Shown: one piece after another, positions 45,944 to 60,066 of the stretch
How positions within the stretch are numbered: position 1 is the first letter of the stretch
How the letters are laid out: every line of letters starts with the position of its first letter
Source of the DNA: Mesotaenium endlicherianum
Taxonomy: Eukaryota
Reading direction: 5' to 3'
Length of the DNA: 64,000 nt
Assembly (NCBI GenBank): GCA_009602735.1
Contig: WELA01001035.1
Span: 396,180 to 460,179, forward strand
Translations under genes and position numbers: made by a program
The notes under the pieces: generated by a model
Database searches by the model: none
The model's input: the letters and a program-made list of their open reading frames with translations, nothing else
Told to the model about the DNA's origin: nothing

Positions 45944-48900
45944 ACACGATGTTGGCACCCTCCACACCCTAAACTGCTCCTTGACTTCTGCGGTGATCAA
46001 ATACAAGCGCCCTGCAGTCGACACCCAAGCCTTGCCCAGAGGTGTGGTGCCGCAGCAGGAGCAGAGGCACTGATGGCGGTGCAGGCGCACCACCCGACCT
46101 CGTAGTGCGCACGCTGCCATTCGCTCCAGAAACAGAGCAGACACCCCACGCTCGACTCTCCTCCCTCCAATCCCTGCCTCGACACTCGTGTGCCGCATCC
46201 TCGATCCACTCACGCTCTCCCTTAGAGCGAGAGCAGAAAGAGCTGCGCAACTCCCGCTTCTGCCGTCCCGGCTTCCAATGCCTGGCAGCCTGATGTGAAG
46301 CAAACTCTGACGTGCGCCCACTCGCCCACTAAATCGCTCGTGGGCAAAAGCACACGCACAAGGGGCTGACATGGTTTCTGATAAAGCGCAGTACTCATCC
46401 GGGGTCATGGGAGAGGAAGGCTCATTAATTAGCCCCGATGCGCATGCCTCGGAGTGTGTTACGCATCATACAGGGGGGCCCGCACGTGCATGCACGCACT
46501 GGCATATGAATCACGCATGCACAAGTATGGGCATGTGTGCGTTTCTGTGTGTGGAAACGGGGGTGCACGTGCACATGCGCGTACGCATACAAGTACTTCA
46601 TACATGCGCACACACAGGGTGCCGATACTCGTGCCTGTCGATCAAGCACTCAGACGGTCAGGCAGTCAGTCAGCCACTAAATCAGCCACTCACTTTCCCA
46701 TTCAACCAGTCAGTCAGTCAGTCAGCCAGTCAGTCGGTCAGTCAGTCAAACAGTCAGTCCGCCGCTCATTCGGTCAGCCACTCAGGCAGTCAGACAGCAA
46801 TCCGCCACTCGGGCAGCGGCTGAGGAAGTGCGCAGTAGCGGTAGCAGCAGCAGTAGCAGCAGCAGGGCAGTACCGCTAGCGAGCACGATGGTGTCCTTAG
46901 CGCGCCCGTCCAGCACCAGGTGGCCCCCGCAGTTGCGCGCGCCCCCCCAACGGCGGTGCGGGATGAGCCACCCGAGGTCCCCCGTGTTGAACCACCCCTC
47001 CTCGTCAATCGCCTCTATCGTGGCGCTGGGGTTCTGCACTCGCGCAATCAACGGGTGTAAGTTCGTGACTGCTGTGAATCAGTCGCCTCTGCCGTAGCGC
47101 TGGGGCTCTGCACTCAACGGGTTCCAGTTTGTGTCCGTTCTGAGTCAATCACCTCTGTTGTTTTGCATTACTTGGGTTCTGCGTGCGAGTGATCAGTGGG
47201 TTCAGGTCACATACTCTCATTGCGTCCTTGGCCTCTGGTATTGCGTGTGGGCTCTGAACTCTTTGCACTCGTCTGGCCGAATATTCTAGTTACGGATTGG
47301 ATATGCATGCTATTGACTGACACTCTCCTACTGCCTGCGGGGGGAGAAAAAGGAGAGTGAAAAGACACACTGATTCATCCTTTCAAAAACACAAAAGTCC
47401 CCCCCTGCGGGGGGGGGGGGGGGGGGNNNNNNNNNNNNNNNNNNNGGGGGGGGGGGGGGGGTGTGAGAGGCCGAAAGCCTTCCTCTGACGAATCGGAGCA
47501 ATCGGAAGCAAGGGGAACAGCCAGCCAGTGGCACACAAGCGGCCACAGCGGAGGTGGCAGCACTCATTCATGCATTCCGACGCCAGAAGGCCCCCTCTGA
47601 GGGAACCAACACAGACAAGAGCGCCTCTTCTCCTACACTGTACACAACACCGCGCACGATGCAACATATCCCGTCGCTGGCAGCAGGCGCTGGGCGCCCT
47701 TTGGCCCGTTCGCTTGGGCGCCTTTTTGCGAAAGTCAAGAAGCTAAAAGTGATGATAGTCATGACGATACCGAAAATGACTATGGGCCGATAGCAATGAC
47801 AATACCAGTGACGCAAATGACCATGATGACGGAAATGACGATGACAAAATATAATGTCATTGATAATAACGATATCAACAACGCACATGCGCAACCACCA
47901 GAATGAGGATGATGATTGGGACGGTGCATGCCCCAATTGCAATTCAGTACAAATGGTGGACACCTTGATTTTGATCGGACCGGTTACGCAACGGACATCA
48001 CGGGAAGAAGAAAGGGGGAAGGAGGAGGAGGAGGCTGAAGCAACGTCGTCCGGCACGCGTGTGCACCTTGTAGTAGCCCTTCATGATCTGCGGGCCCCGC
48101 GCCTTGACGATGCCCTTCGCGCCAGCTGACAGCACGCGGCCAGTCTCAGGGTCCACCACCTTGACCTCCGTGCCGGGCAGCGGCGGGCCCACCGAGCCCA
48201 GCGTCTGCAAAGGAGTCACCCCACGCCAGCCCCTCTGCCCTCTGAGACTCTGATCCAGCCTCTGCCTCTGCCTCTGCCTCCGCCTCCACCTCCACCTCCA
48301 CCTCCGCCATGCCTCAGCCTCAGCCCAGCCTCAAAGTCTTCTGAAATGAGCTTGCTCCTCTGCTTCATGCTTCACACATGCAACAGCCCGGCTATCTATG
48401 GACACAACTCCCATGCACACGTGTACCCACATGTGTGCGCGTGGGTGTGCGCATGTGTGTAGGCATACGCGCACACATCCGTGCAGGCGCGTGCGCATGT
48501 CTGCAAGTGCATGTGCGTACATGCGTCCACTTTTGTGTGTTTGTGTGCACGTGTGTGAGAGAGAGAGAGAGATAAAGAGAGAGAGAGAGAGGGGGGGGGG
48601 GGCGGGCGGGCCGGAAAGGGAGGGGAGCTCACGTTGCTCTCGGGCTTGCGGGCGGTGAGCACGGGCGACGTTTCTGTGAGCCCGTACCCGTTGAGCACGC
48701 AGATGCCGATGGCCTGCCACATGTCAAACTCGGTGGAAACAGGAGCTCAGCAGCGATGCCACCTGTCGGGCAGGCTAAAAAGCTCTGCCAACCCCCGCGG
48801 CTCCTCTCCTCAGAGTGGGGCCCACTTGGGATGCTGACGCAGCAATACTGCAAAGCTCCCTCTTATGGATGCGCTTTCTACAAATCTGAGACGTCGTCGG

Positions 48901-51900
48901 AGCCGCAAAAGTTTGCCAACCTTCTCCTTGTTTTCGTGCATACGTCCATGCGCACCGATGCTTACCATGTGCCTCACGAAATGCATCAGCTTCATGCAAG
49001 CGTACAGATGCGCACACACACTTGCGTATGAGTCCCGAAGATGGATAGACAGCAAGCTTGTCTGAAGCTTCAGCCAAGTCCAGGCACCCATCCTTTCACG
49101 TGAATGAGATCCCGCAAAAGGCTGCACCCCAAGCGCACCAGACTCCACACTGCCCGCATGCCCTCCTTTGCATGCGGGAAAACCCGAGCAGACGCACCAG
49201 ATGGAAACGGAGAGAGAAAGAGATGGATTGAGCACAAGCAGGAACGTCTTCCCCTACCTCGAAGAAGCGGTCAATGTTGGTGGCCAGGCTGCCGCCGCCG
49301 CTCACTGTGGCCTGCTCACGTCTCGCCGCACACGCGTCAGTTGTGGACACTGCGCAGGGAGGGGGGAAAGAGCCGCGCGGCAAAGGGCACCCAAGAATGC
49401 CTCTATCGCAAAGGGGTGAAGAGCGCACGCTCAGAGCCTACCAATATTGTCCCCATTCTATTCCCCCCATTTCCTCCCTTCTCAGCAGAGGCCTCCTACG
49501 TGGATCACGTCTGAACGGTGTGGCAGAGTGATAGAGCACGCTTTTACCCTGAAGCATAGTAAATACTCCTTACGAGCCACGTGGCAGAGCACAAAAACCC
49601 TGAGCAGTGTGCAAAGGTATGGTTAGATGCAGCCATGTGGCATCGGCATCATGCACACACGCTTGCTGGGAGGGAGGCAGGCTGCAGCCGGACAGCGGCA
49701 GTAGTGGGCCAATGCAGGCAAGAAGTGCCGACACAACCACGCAAGCCGGCAAGGGCGGCAGCAGCCAGACAACGGCGGAGGCAGGGGCAAGTACAGGGGC
49801 AATGACCGGCTGATCAATCTGATCGAGTTCGTGGTCGGCCGGCATGCAGGCACAAAGTGGCTGGCAGGCCGACAGGTGGCAAGTGGCGGTGCGCCCACCT
49901 TGCGGATGTTGAGCGCTGCTCGGATCTTGGAGTACACAAGCTTCACCGCCAGCAGGTGCAGCGGCAGCAGCAGTGCCGCCGTGGCGGCCGCCAGCGCCAG
50001 CTGGCCTGCTGACTGGACGGCGCTGCTCGCCGGCCGCCTGGCGCTCTCCAGGTCCAGGCCCCGCAGCACGCGGCACGCGTCCATGTAGCGCTGACTCACC
50101 GCCAGGAAAAACCCAGCAATCTTCTTCTTCTTGTCCGACTCCGCCAGCTTCTTTTGCACGCCACTGCCACGTGGCGCGCACAGGGGCGCTCGCACACAAA
50201 CATACATGCACGCACGAGCGCACGTCTGAACAAGCGGCCACGCGCGCTCACCCCCGAAACTGCCACCTGTTGGAACCACAGGCCGCCAACGAGCACCACA
50301 GACCCGGCAAGCATCCACCTTGTCTCCCTTTCCCCCTCTCCCCTCGCCCTTCCTCCTGCCAGCTGCTCGCGCCCCCAGTCTATACTTCACGTTCTTTTCT
50401 TTGTATGCACGGCACAGACGGCAGCTTCAGAGGTGCACAAAAGCCATCGCTCATGTTCTTAGAGTCTCAGGTAACCCAGAGGACAAAGCGAGCACCACAC
50501 TCAAGTTCAATTAATTCCAAAAACGTGATGACCTCACAGACGGGTGTCTGCTGAGGGGCCGCACTGGCTAAGGCATGTGGCCACAACGGGGTATCACCTT
50601 CCTCATGCAGAGTGCTGCAGACCAGTACAGAACGGGCCCTCAGAAGGGAGGCTGCTGAGGAGCTAGCCATAGCCGCGAAAGCATGTGCCTGAAAGGGAGT
50701 GTCGGCTTCAGAAGAGCATCGGCTTACTTGTACAAAATGTCGTAGACCAGCGGCACGGCGATGAAGTAGTCGGGGGGGTACACTGTGAGGTCCTCCTGCA
50801 CCCACAGAAATAGGCACATTTGCAACATGAAGGACGTGCGCTCGTCAGCAGGGGAGGGAAGCGTTTGCACGAAGCTGCGATCGCACGCGTAGACTGTCCA
50901 GCCCAGCGAGTGCATCTGCCAACTCTGCGAAGCAATCCCGCTGCGGCACACGCACGCGCGCGTGTGTGCACGTGTGTATGTTCATGGGTGTCAAATGCCA
51001 GTTCAGGTGTGTTACGCAAGGGGTCTGTTCGCATCCAAACCAATAGCGTGCTTGCAATCTGGATCCTCCAAGAAAGAACTGTAAGTGTACACTCACGCAT
51101 GCGCATGCACGACGCCCTTCGTGGCTGCGCGGTGTGCACCATCGACAAAGGAAGTGCTGGAAGCTTCAAATAAAACAAACTGAGCTGGAGGTTCTTCCAT
51201 GGTACAGAAAGAGCTCCAAAAATTCTGACACCTCTGAAACTTTTGGAATTGGAAGACGTCTGAGAGTTTTTTAGATTTCCGTGAGCCCTGGAGAAGCGCG
51301 CTCTCAGAGGGCTGAGAGAGAGGGCACCTTGAAGGTCTTGACGCTGCTGTACACCTGGCGCACGCCGTTGCTGAGGGTGAAGTACTCCAGAGCGCGTTCA
51401 TACATGTGCCAGGGGGGCAGCAGGCTCAGGACTGTGTCGCCCTCCTCAGGGGACACCACGGACTTCACTGCCCTCACCTGCAAGGCCAAAGCGAAGCAAC
51501 AAGTTATGCATATTTGACGAGTAAGTATACACGTATTTAGAAATATGTATGTACATGTACATGTATAGACATACATGTATACACACACACACACACATAT
51601 ATATAGAAGAGTATGTATAACGGCACAGCTCCCATTACGCACGCATTGCGCACGAGCTTGTTTGGCAAACTCGGGCCAAACAAGTCCAAGACCGCAACAT
51701 CCATGACCCGATCGCGACCCTGCCCTCCCCCCCCAGCCGCTTACCCGTTGCTTTTGTCTCACTTCCTCGGCTTTTTGCAGCAATAGATCTTCACGTGCAA
51801 CTCCCTTAGCTCTCCCTAACTCTGCCCCCACTCAGCTGCAGTGTGATGCACACTCCGTCGCAAAAACACAACCCTTCTACTTGATTGGACCCCACACCCC

Positions 51901-54900
51901 TCTTTTTATCGTGCAATGGCAATCGGAGGTGATTAGACTGAGGCTCAGTACGCATGCGTGCTTCAGGCGCAGGCGCTGACCCCGACTACTCAATTCCCCT
52001 CTCCACCTCCTCCCTCCCTCTCGTGATGCCACAGGCAGCCTTGCTTCTGACTTTGCTAGTGCGTAGATACTCAAGCCTTGGCGTGCTCTCAATCTCCTTC
52101 TTGCTAAAACCCCTCCAATCCTCTCTGCCCAACTGGCCCTCAACCTGTGTAGCCTGCCACCATCCCCGAGCCTCGTGTAGCAAGAGGCATGACTGCTTCA
52201 AGGCTTGACGACTGACCCGTCGCACTCGCCCTCGCCCTCGGACCTCACAGTCAAACGCCTCCCAGAGAAAAAGGACTCAGAGCATGCCAAACATCAGAAC
52301 CTCCGATGCCCACCTCGCAAGGAAGGCCAGCCCAACTAGACCCACACTAAGTTCCAGGCCCCAGCCCGCTTTGCCCCTCACCACGGCCAGCCATGTAACA
52401 AGACAGCCAAAACTTCCACTGAGATAGAGCTGGCTCTGAAGCTGGGCTGAACTGCCTTCAGCCACAACACGCATGCCAGCCAACCCACACTCATAGTAGC
52501 ATGCACATGATGGCCAGAGCCGAGAAAGGTCCAAAGGAGGGGCTCCATACCTGATGAAGAAGGTTTGCGTGAGTGAGCATGACCGCTTTTGGGTTGCCCG
52601 TCGTTCCCGACGTGTAGACCAGGGTGGCAATGTCGTCGGGACGCACCAAGGGCCGTTGAGGCATCCCCACTGCATGCACATCATAGCCCATGCAGACTTC
52701 CCATGCATTCTACTCAGACAAAGGTCGAAAATCGACAGGCGACATGTCCTCCTATGGGGGCTGCACAACGGCTGCAGAAGACGTAGATAACCAACGGTAT
52801 ATGTTATATGTACATCTGTGTATACGGGCATCAATCCTCATATACCTACATAAGAAAGTCTTTAAAAAACTTTCCCTCGAACAAGAGATGACACATCCTA
52901 TATTAAGGGCTGCATAATGGCATTGGAAGAATCACTTTCATATGTGCGTATGTTTGTACATTTTTAAACTCATGTACCTTTATGCTTACCATTCTAAAAT
53001 AGTGTTCGACGGTCATCCTTCTGCAGGAGTGCTTGAAGGAAGCCACATCAGCAAGGTATTGGAAGCTAGGGTGGTGCACGGCTGAAGCTTCCAGAATGAA
53101 ACTACGAGTAAGAAAACGGGCCTGTTCACACTGCAACCCTTTCACTGCAGTACCTTCAAGCTCAAGCCAGGGCACCTGCTCCGACAAGTGCAGACATGCG
53201 CATGTCACCCAGGGTCACGGGCTTTTGGCACGTGTATCTGCAAATCATGACAGTTTGAATGTTCGTTTTGCACTCCAGAGCTTTCCGTTTCAGCCAGTTT
53301 GATTGTCCCTCTCGCTGCACTCCATAATATTGCCCTTTGACAACTTTAATGACCATTTCGCACTTGAGACCTACACACTTCAGAGTTTCGACGCTTCAGA
53401 GGGGCATAGAGCGTACCATCCCCATCAGCTGCGGCAAGAGCGTGGCGGCTGGTGTGCCCGGCTCCAATCAGCTGCTTGAAGGTGTAGATGGGGAAGGGCA
53501 GGTTCAGCTGGCTCTGAGCCTCAGCCTCCGCCTCGTGCTGAGCCTCCAGCTCCTCGCTGGCAGACTTGCAGGTGCCCCACAGGAGGACCGCAAACTTGAT
53601 CTGCGCGCCAGCTGGCGAGTCCTGAAGCTGGGGCGCCAGCTTCGCCAGCAGGTCCACATTCTCCACCACCAGCACCGAGCTGCAAGGAAGGAGCAATCAG
53701 CTGCAATGGAAGCTCAGTGCCCTGTCTATGTTGGCCTTCCTACTCTAGTTGAGCAACCAGGTAGCCCCAAACTACAAGGAGCCATTCCCTATAAGGAAGC
53801 TTGATTGATGCTTTCGTCTATGGTATTTTCTCCAGACTAGTGCAGCAAGCAGGGAAGCCACACTATATAGGAGTGAATGCCCTCCCCAGCCCTTCTGTAC
53901 TGTGAATCTTGAAGGTTATGAAGCTAAGATGCTTGCAATATTGATACCTTATAAGGAAGAGATGAGTGGGTGGAATGGGCAGGGCTCTCAGAGTGTGACA
54001 GCAAGGAGAAGTAATGCTGAGACCAGCACAGACCTGTCTGAGTGGGTTGCAATGTGAAGAAGCTCACTTGGGGGAGCCTTGGCACCCCTCACAGCATCAG
54101 ATGCACCGGCTGTCATGATCCCTGTTGAAACAAACGACCATGGCATCAGACAACCTTTCATATCCAACAAATGCTAGTCCCTGTCGTACCACGAGCCCTG
54201 ATATCTGACAGCCTTCTATATATGAAACATCTGATCCCTGCTGCATCATCAACCATGGATTTGGACAACCTCTCATCACTAAAATGCTCGTCACAACCTT
54301 CTCTCAGGGAGCAATGGCCACTGGACCCACTAGCCTCTGAATGATATAGAGGTTGAGCCTCGACAAGTTGACAAACAAGTCGTACACAGGGACTGGTGTA
54401 CTTGCCTTGATCAGCAACAATCCAACGATGTGAGTTGTCCGAAAAGAGAGACACAGTTTGCCCCTGTTCCAAGCCAAACACACGCAAGCCTTCTGCAAAA
54501 TCCACAATCGACTGCTCCAACTGCAGACGACACAGCATGACCAACCACATGTCTTATGAGCAAAGTTAGTCTGTCTTCTCTACTTCATACAGACAACACA
54601 GCATAACCAGCCACGTGTCTTACGAGCGAAAATAGTCTGTCTTCTCTACTTCATACAGCCATTCCTCTATCCACCTCATTCGTTTGCAATAATAGGCAGT
54701 AGTTTCACCAGAGCCCATATGCACATACTATATGTGTAAGAACTCTATGTCAACCCTCAGAGTTGTGGCTATACTGTGCAAACCCGCGGCTTGTCAACAT
54801 TTAGCATCACCTGTGTAGATAGTCTCTATGTATGTATCATAGCACCTGGTCTAGAAGTGCAAGCAAGTACACACTTGACAAGAAAATGAAGAGCTTCAAA

Positions 54901-55497
54901 ACAATACAGTGCACCTGTAACTTATGGTACCTCTCTATAAGTCACTTGCTGTGCTGGTGTGTGGTGTGGGTCGAAAAGGGCAACCCTATCGCCGTGTCTT
55001 TCGGCCAGAGTGCTCCACAAGTCTGGCAAAACCTGCCACTCCCTTGTGCGGGACATACCATCTGTCTCCAACTCCAGTTGCAGGGGTGGTCCCATGGTGA
55101 AGCTTGCATTCTGTATTTCCTTACTTGGCGGCTGCTCCAACAAACGCAACAGGATGACCGGATACCGGACTGTCAGTGAAAGGCATCCATATACGTCTCC
55201 CATAGAAAGGGTTCTAGTATGACCTCAATGAAAGAATGGTGTGGTGGTTCGTACCTCCATGACACAGGTAACTCTGCCAGAACGAAGCCTCATTCCGTCA
55301 AGCGCGTGCATACCCATTCCAGCCCCTTCATTTAACACTTTGAGGCTGTGCGCGCCGAAAAAACTACTCTTGAAACACATGCTTTGCATTTGTGCCAAAT
55401 TTTGTCCATTCCGAGCTATCTTAGCCTTCGGGAGGCAGGCTTCTAACGTGCCAGATAACAGTCCTTGGGGAACCCTCGTACATAACGAAGCCGCCAT
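43445..55497 (-). CDS. Plastid long-chain acyl-CoA/acyl-ACP synthetase (AAE15/AAE16-like AMP-binding enzyme), ~17 exons
   Basis: Approximate exons: 55497-55255 (transit-peptide-like), ~55110-54931, 54520-54406, 54121-54034, ~53680-53370, ~52669-52550 ([10 protein letters not shown]), ~51477-51328 (LPPWHMYER), ~50796-50728, ~50163-49899, ~49311-49258 (SGGGSL), ~48713-48633 ([10 protein letters not shown]), ~48204-48067, ~47033-46874 ([18 protein letters not shown]), ~45589-45510 (GENVEP), ~44792-44665, ~44120-44056 and 43546-43445 ([12 protein letters not shown], stop TAG). Confidence 0.92.
45797..45940. repeat. (GA)n microsatellite spanning an N gap (intronic)
   Basis: Directly visible. Confidence 0.9.
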
Positions 55498-56451
55498 ATT
55501 TACACCTAATCAACACGCAAGGTCGTGATATAGGTGACCCTCACGGTGCAACACAGACGAAAACAAGCCAAGGAGCAAGCGGGCTGCGTAAAGTTCCCGC
55601 CTTGACGAAAGTAAAACGAGGCTTCATTATGCTGTGAGCGCTGCAAGGAGGGGCTACCATGCTGCCGTAAGATTTTTGGAAGCTACCATTAGCGCGTCCT
55701 AAACAATAGCATGGGGGGACCACAAAAGCCAAGCTTACCCAGTCGAAGAAAAGCTTTGAGAGCGGAAACGGAATAGAACGCAAAAAGCTGCGATATAAGT
55801 GGTTCCCGGATTCCAGGACTACACGCGGCGCTTCACTTGCAAAGCAGGAAGGCTTTATGAATATGCTGAACTGCACTGAGCTGGGTTGAACAGGGTCAAA
55901 GCGGATAAAGACGAAATATCCGTGTCGACAAAGTGGATAAAAGAGACCTCATTATTGGCACTCGATCGAAAACATCTAACGGTAAGTAAGATTTGTTCGT
56001 GCTCATGTGTAAGCTGAGCCACGTCTGAAGCCAGAAGCAGAAGCATGAACCTGGCCGAACCGGCAGGTGAAGGAGCCTGAAGTAGCCCAATTGGCACGGA
56101 GTGGCACGGAGCAGGTTACGAGTTTCATATTGAAGGTGATTGTACCTAAGGCGTGAGTCGGCACCAGTCGGCACCTGTCCCCGCCTGTCGCCTGTCCGCA
56201 CCTGTCTGGAACGTGGCCAAACTGGACCAGACTGACGACGCTGATGTTGCATGCTTAACAGTAGCAACCGCTAACGAGGACGGTAATACGAGCGTTGAAA
56301 CGTCGGGGAAGTAAGAACAAGTCATGAACTTCACATGATATTGAGTAAACAAACGCGAGAAGCAATAGGATAACCAAACGAGTACTGAGAAGAACGGTTC
56401 TACACAAGCATACACAGGTGTCACCTTTCATTTCATGAAGTGAAGTGAAAA
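55498..56451. promoter_or_regulatory. Probable bidirectional promoter and 5' UTR region between two divergently transcribed genes
   Basis: Predicted start codons at 55497 (-) and 56452 (+) are ~950 bp apart. Inferred from gene geometry only. Confidence 0.5.
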
Positions 56452-59400
56452 ATGGCGCTGATTGCTGTGAGCCTGTTATGGCCCGCATCAGGTGTCTTTG
56501 TGAGAACTGCTCATACGAACTTGGAGAGTGCTTGCACAGAGTTGAATTTTTATCGTTCGAGTGGTGAACGACTCATTAGTGCACAGAAGAGGCGCATAGA
56601 GCGATCGAAGCACACTTTATCGAGCAGGCGACATGGTGGTGCCAGGATGTCATGTACTGTCGGTGATCTAAAAAAGGAAAAACGTCAAATTGCTGAAAGT
56701 CGCTGGAAGAGCATCATCAATGATTGCATGAAAAGTACGGCTAGCTGTCTAGTGCTGCCTCTTACAGCTGCCCTTCTGCTCACAGTACAGAGCGACATCG
56801 GACTTCCATCGTGAGTGAAACAAATTACAGTTACAAGTGTGTAGACATGAATGCTTCGCTTACCATCAAGATTTCAGTGTTCAAAGGGGGAACGCACTTT
56901 GTTTCTCAAATCACGTATCATCAATCAATGCATGACTTACGGTCATGTGTAGCACCACTACTAGTGACTTGACGGCCACTAGGAGCGACATTTGTTTGCC
57001 AAAGACAAGTTTACAATGTGCACACATGGCAAGACTCAAAGAAAATTCAAAGGCATTGCTTCGAGACTGAACATTCAACTGAGCTCTTGCCGTAGATGCA
57101 CTTGATCAGTCGCACTATAATATATAAAGTCGTCCCTTTGTCATAACAGAACCCTTCCTGTGTCGCCTAAACAGGGCTGCAGCTGGCACGCTGCTTGACC
57201 AGCCAGTGCTGTCCTCCTCGGCTTTCAAGGAGCCATCAGTGCCTCTGCCTCCAATCCCCAAGGAGTTCCCCCCTCTGGGGAGCCTCACCCTGCCAGAATA
57301 TGAACAGGTGTTCACCCGATCACTATCCAAGACTGCTCTACTCAGCTCAACAGCCAAATGCTGCGTGGCACGCCCTGCTCTCACAGCGAGCTCTTGATGT
57401 CGTGGTGTCGGGATGTCACTGTTCTATGCTGCTGACAATGACCGCGTCATTACGTAGAGGTCACGTTACAAGATGTGCAAACGCACAGGGGCCGCGTGAG
57501 TCCATCTTTTTGCAACAGCAGGTTGCAGATTGCAGACTGCAGGTTGCTGAAAAACGAGAGGAAGCACAGGCGGCCCACTCACATTGCAAAAGCAAGATGC
57601 TCCCCCTCTTTGCATGTCGTATTGTGACGTGCGGTCCCAAAGTGGTGGCAGACGAAAGACCCGCCTCCCGTGTCATTCATGAACATTCTTCGTGCACAAA
57701 AGTGATGCATGCTGTACGTAGTCTCTTGTGCACGCACCCTACACACACACACACACACACACATACGCACACACACACACACATGCATCAGCACAGTGGC
57801 ATTAGGGATGGGGAGCTGCAACGCTCACACGCACGCATACACACACGCACACACACACTCTTTTGCACACGCACACGCACATGTGATTCACGCAGGCAGG
57901 CTTACACTTTACATGTCATGTTGATTCATGCCATGATGATCCACAATGACAGAGTGAACTTGTGCCCGTGGGTGCAGGTCACGCTGCCCAATGGCTTGCG
58001 CGTGTTCCTGCTGGAGGATCACGAGCTCGGCTTGGTAAGCTGCCAGCTGGCAACGACTTAAGTCTCTCCCGACAGCACCGTCCCCCCCCCCCATATCTTG
58101 TTACCTCCTGTCATTAACCGCGGTCATGTGTCTCTGTCTGCTGAGGAAGAGCACACTTACCTGTCATCACCATGCGTTGTTTTCTGTTTGAAAGGAGAGT
58201 TTTGGGAAATTGTCGCTTTCAGGCCTATTCTTGTCTCTTCCTGAAGGCTCCTCACAGCCGCCACGTCCTATGCGGCAGGGACCCAGTCAAAAGTCTCAAG
58301 TTTCCAGCTCTAGGTTATGGCGTCCAGGTGTCGGCTGCGAGGTGTCCTCCTGAGCCGCCCCTTGCAGGTCTGCTCGCATCGTGCCAAGTGGCACACATGC
58401 TGCTAGTGGAGGGCTGAGGCCTGCTCACAGCAAACGAGTGCTCGCCTTTGCGACTGGAAAAGCGTCTCTCTGCAGGAGAGGACGGCGTCACAGTTGGGAC
58501 CATCAGAGTCTCAGCTTCTTGGTCACATGCGTGCGGGTTTAAGGCTTTGGGTTTGACGCATAAGGGTTTTGGGTATCACAGCTCAGCTTTGAGGTCAGAG
58601 AAGTACCGACCTGCCAGGTGGCTTCCGTCTCCCACCTCTCCTTGGAGGCGATTCGCGGTTGCACTTCAGGGCTGGGGACACAGCTTAACCCCAGGAGTAG
58701 GGTTTGGGTTCCAGCCAAGGATCAGGGCTGACTGAGAGTCTCGAGTCTGGCGCATGTGTTCCACAGGGACTCTAACTAGAAGACCTGATTCTAACAGTGA
58801 GAAGGACCAGCCTGTTGCGATATGTGAGGGACAGCTGCTGTGTGGAGACTCTGGTGGTCGGAGAGGGCGGGCACGGGTGTGGATGCATCGGCCCTGCGCC
58901 TATCCTGTGAGGGACTGCCTGTCCTAAGAGAGCACTGGACGGGTGGGTGTGCTTGTTTCCCGGCATTGCGCGGCACGGCGACAGGTGGGCGGCCAGTTGC
59001 TCGTCAGAGGGGGAGGCAAGCTTGAGCCGGCCGAGAAGGTAACACCAGCTGTCAGCTATCCCCCCCCCCCCCAACCCATCTCCACACGCCCTCCACACCC
59101 TCGCCCGGGGCGAAATCCGGCCTGTCGTCAGAAGGTTACGTTCCTTTCAATAGCCCCCACTCACATTCTATCTCCTTGAAAGCAGGATGGAAGTGTCGTG
59201 GGGGGTGGGGGGGGGGGNTCTGGTTTTGTGAGAACCTGTCGGCAGGCTGTGTGGAACACGTCTGTGGTGCCTGAGTGCTCGGGGCCCCACTGGGGCAGGC
59301 CCATCTAGCAGAGCTGGCCGCTGATGGCTTGAGATCGCACGCTTGGCAGCAAAGCACATGTGAGGGGACGGATAATATCACTCAGCATATTTTTTATTGG

Positions 59401-59999
59401 TATTATGATGCATGGTGCACAGCTGCTACGAATAGCGCATTCTCTTTCAGCAGTTCTGGACTTTTCTCGGCGCGCACCCGTCAACCGTCCCACCCCACGC
59501 ACGCACAGTCACACGCACACGCACCCGCACCCGCACATGCGCGCACACAAACGCGCACACAAACGCACCGCACATGCACATGCACACACTCGCGCAAGAG
59601 TTTGCCCACCCACCCACCCGCTCACCCACCTACACACAGGACGCGCATGCATGCGCTCATGCCAGGGTGTGCAGGCCAGGCACTTGCCTGCGCGCGCAGA
59701 GGAGGTGGCTGCTTCTTGGGACCAGAGTCTTTGGAATCTGAAATCTGACGCCCTAAACAAGGCCTCTAAGGCCTAACCCTCGCTCGTGACCCTGCATGTC
59801 GGCTCCCCAGGTAGGGCTGGCGGGGATAGCGGGAGCCGTGCAGCGCAGCGGGGGCTCCGTCAACCACCCCGCCAAAGACCTCGATGCCGCCCTTGAGGTG
59901 CCGCCTTTTCCCCTCGCGCTCTCTCTCTTTTTCTCTCAGTATGCCAGTCTGCCTACGTGTATCCCCCTCTTGACCTCTAATTTGCCCCTATCGCTCTCG

Positions 60000-60066
<67 letters not shown>

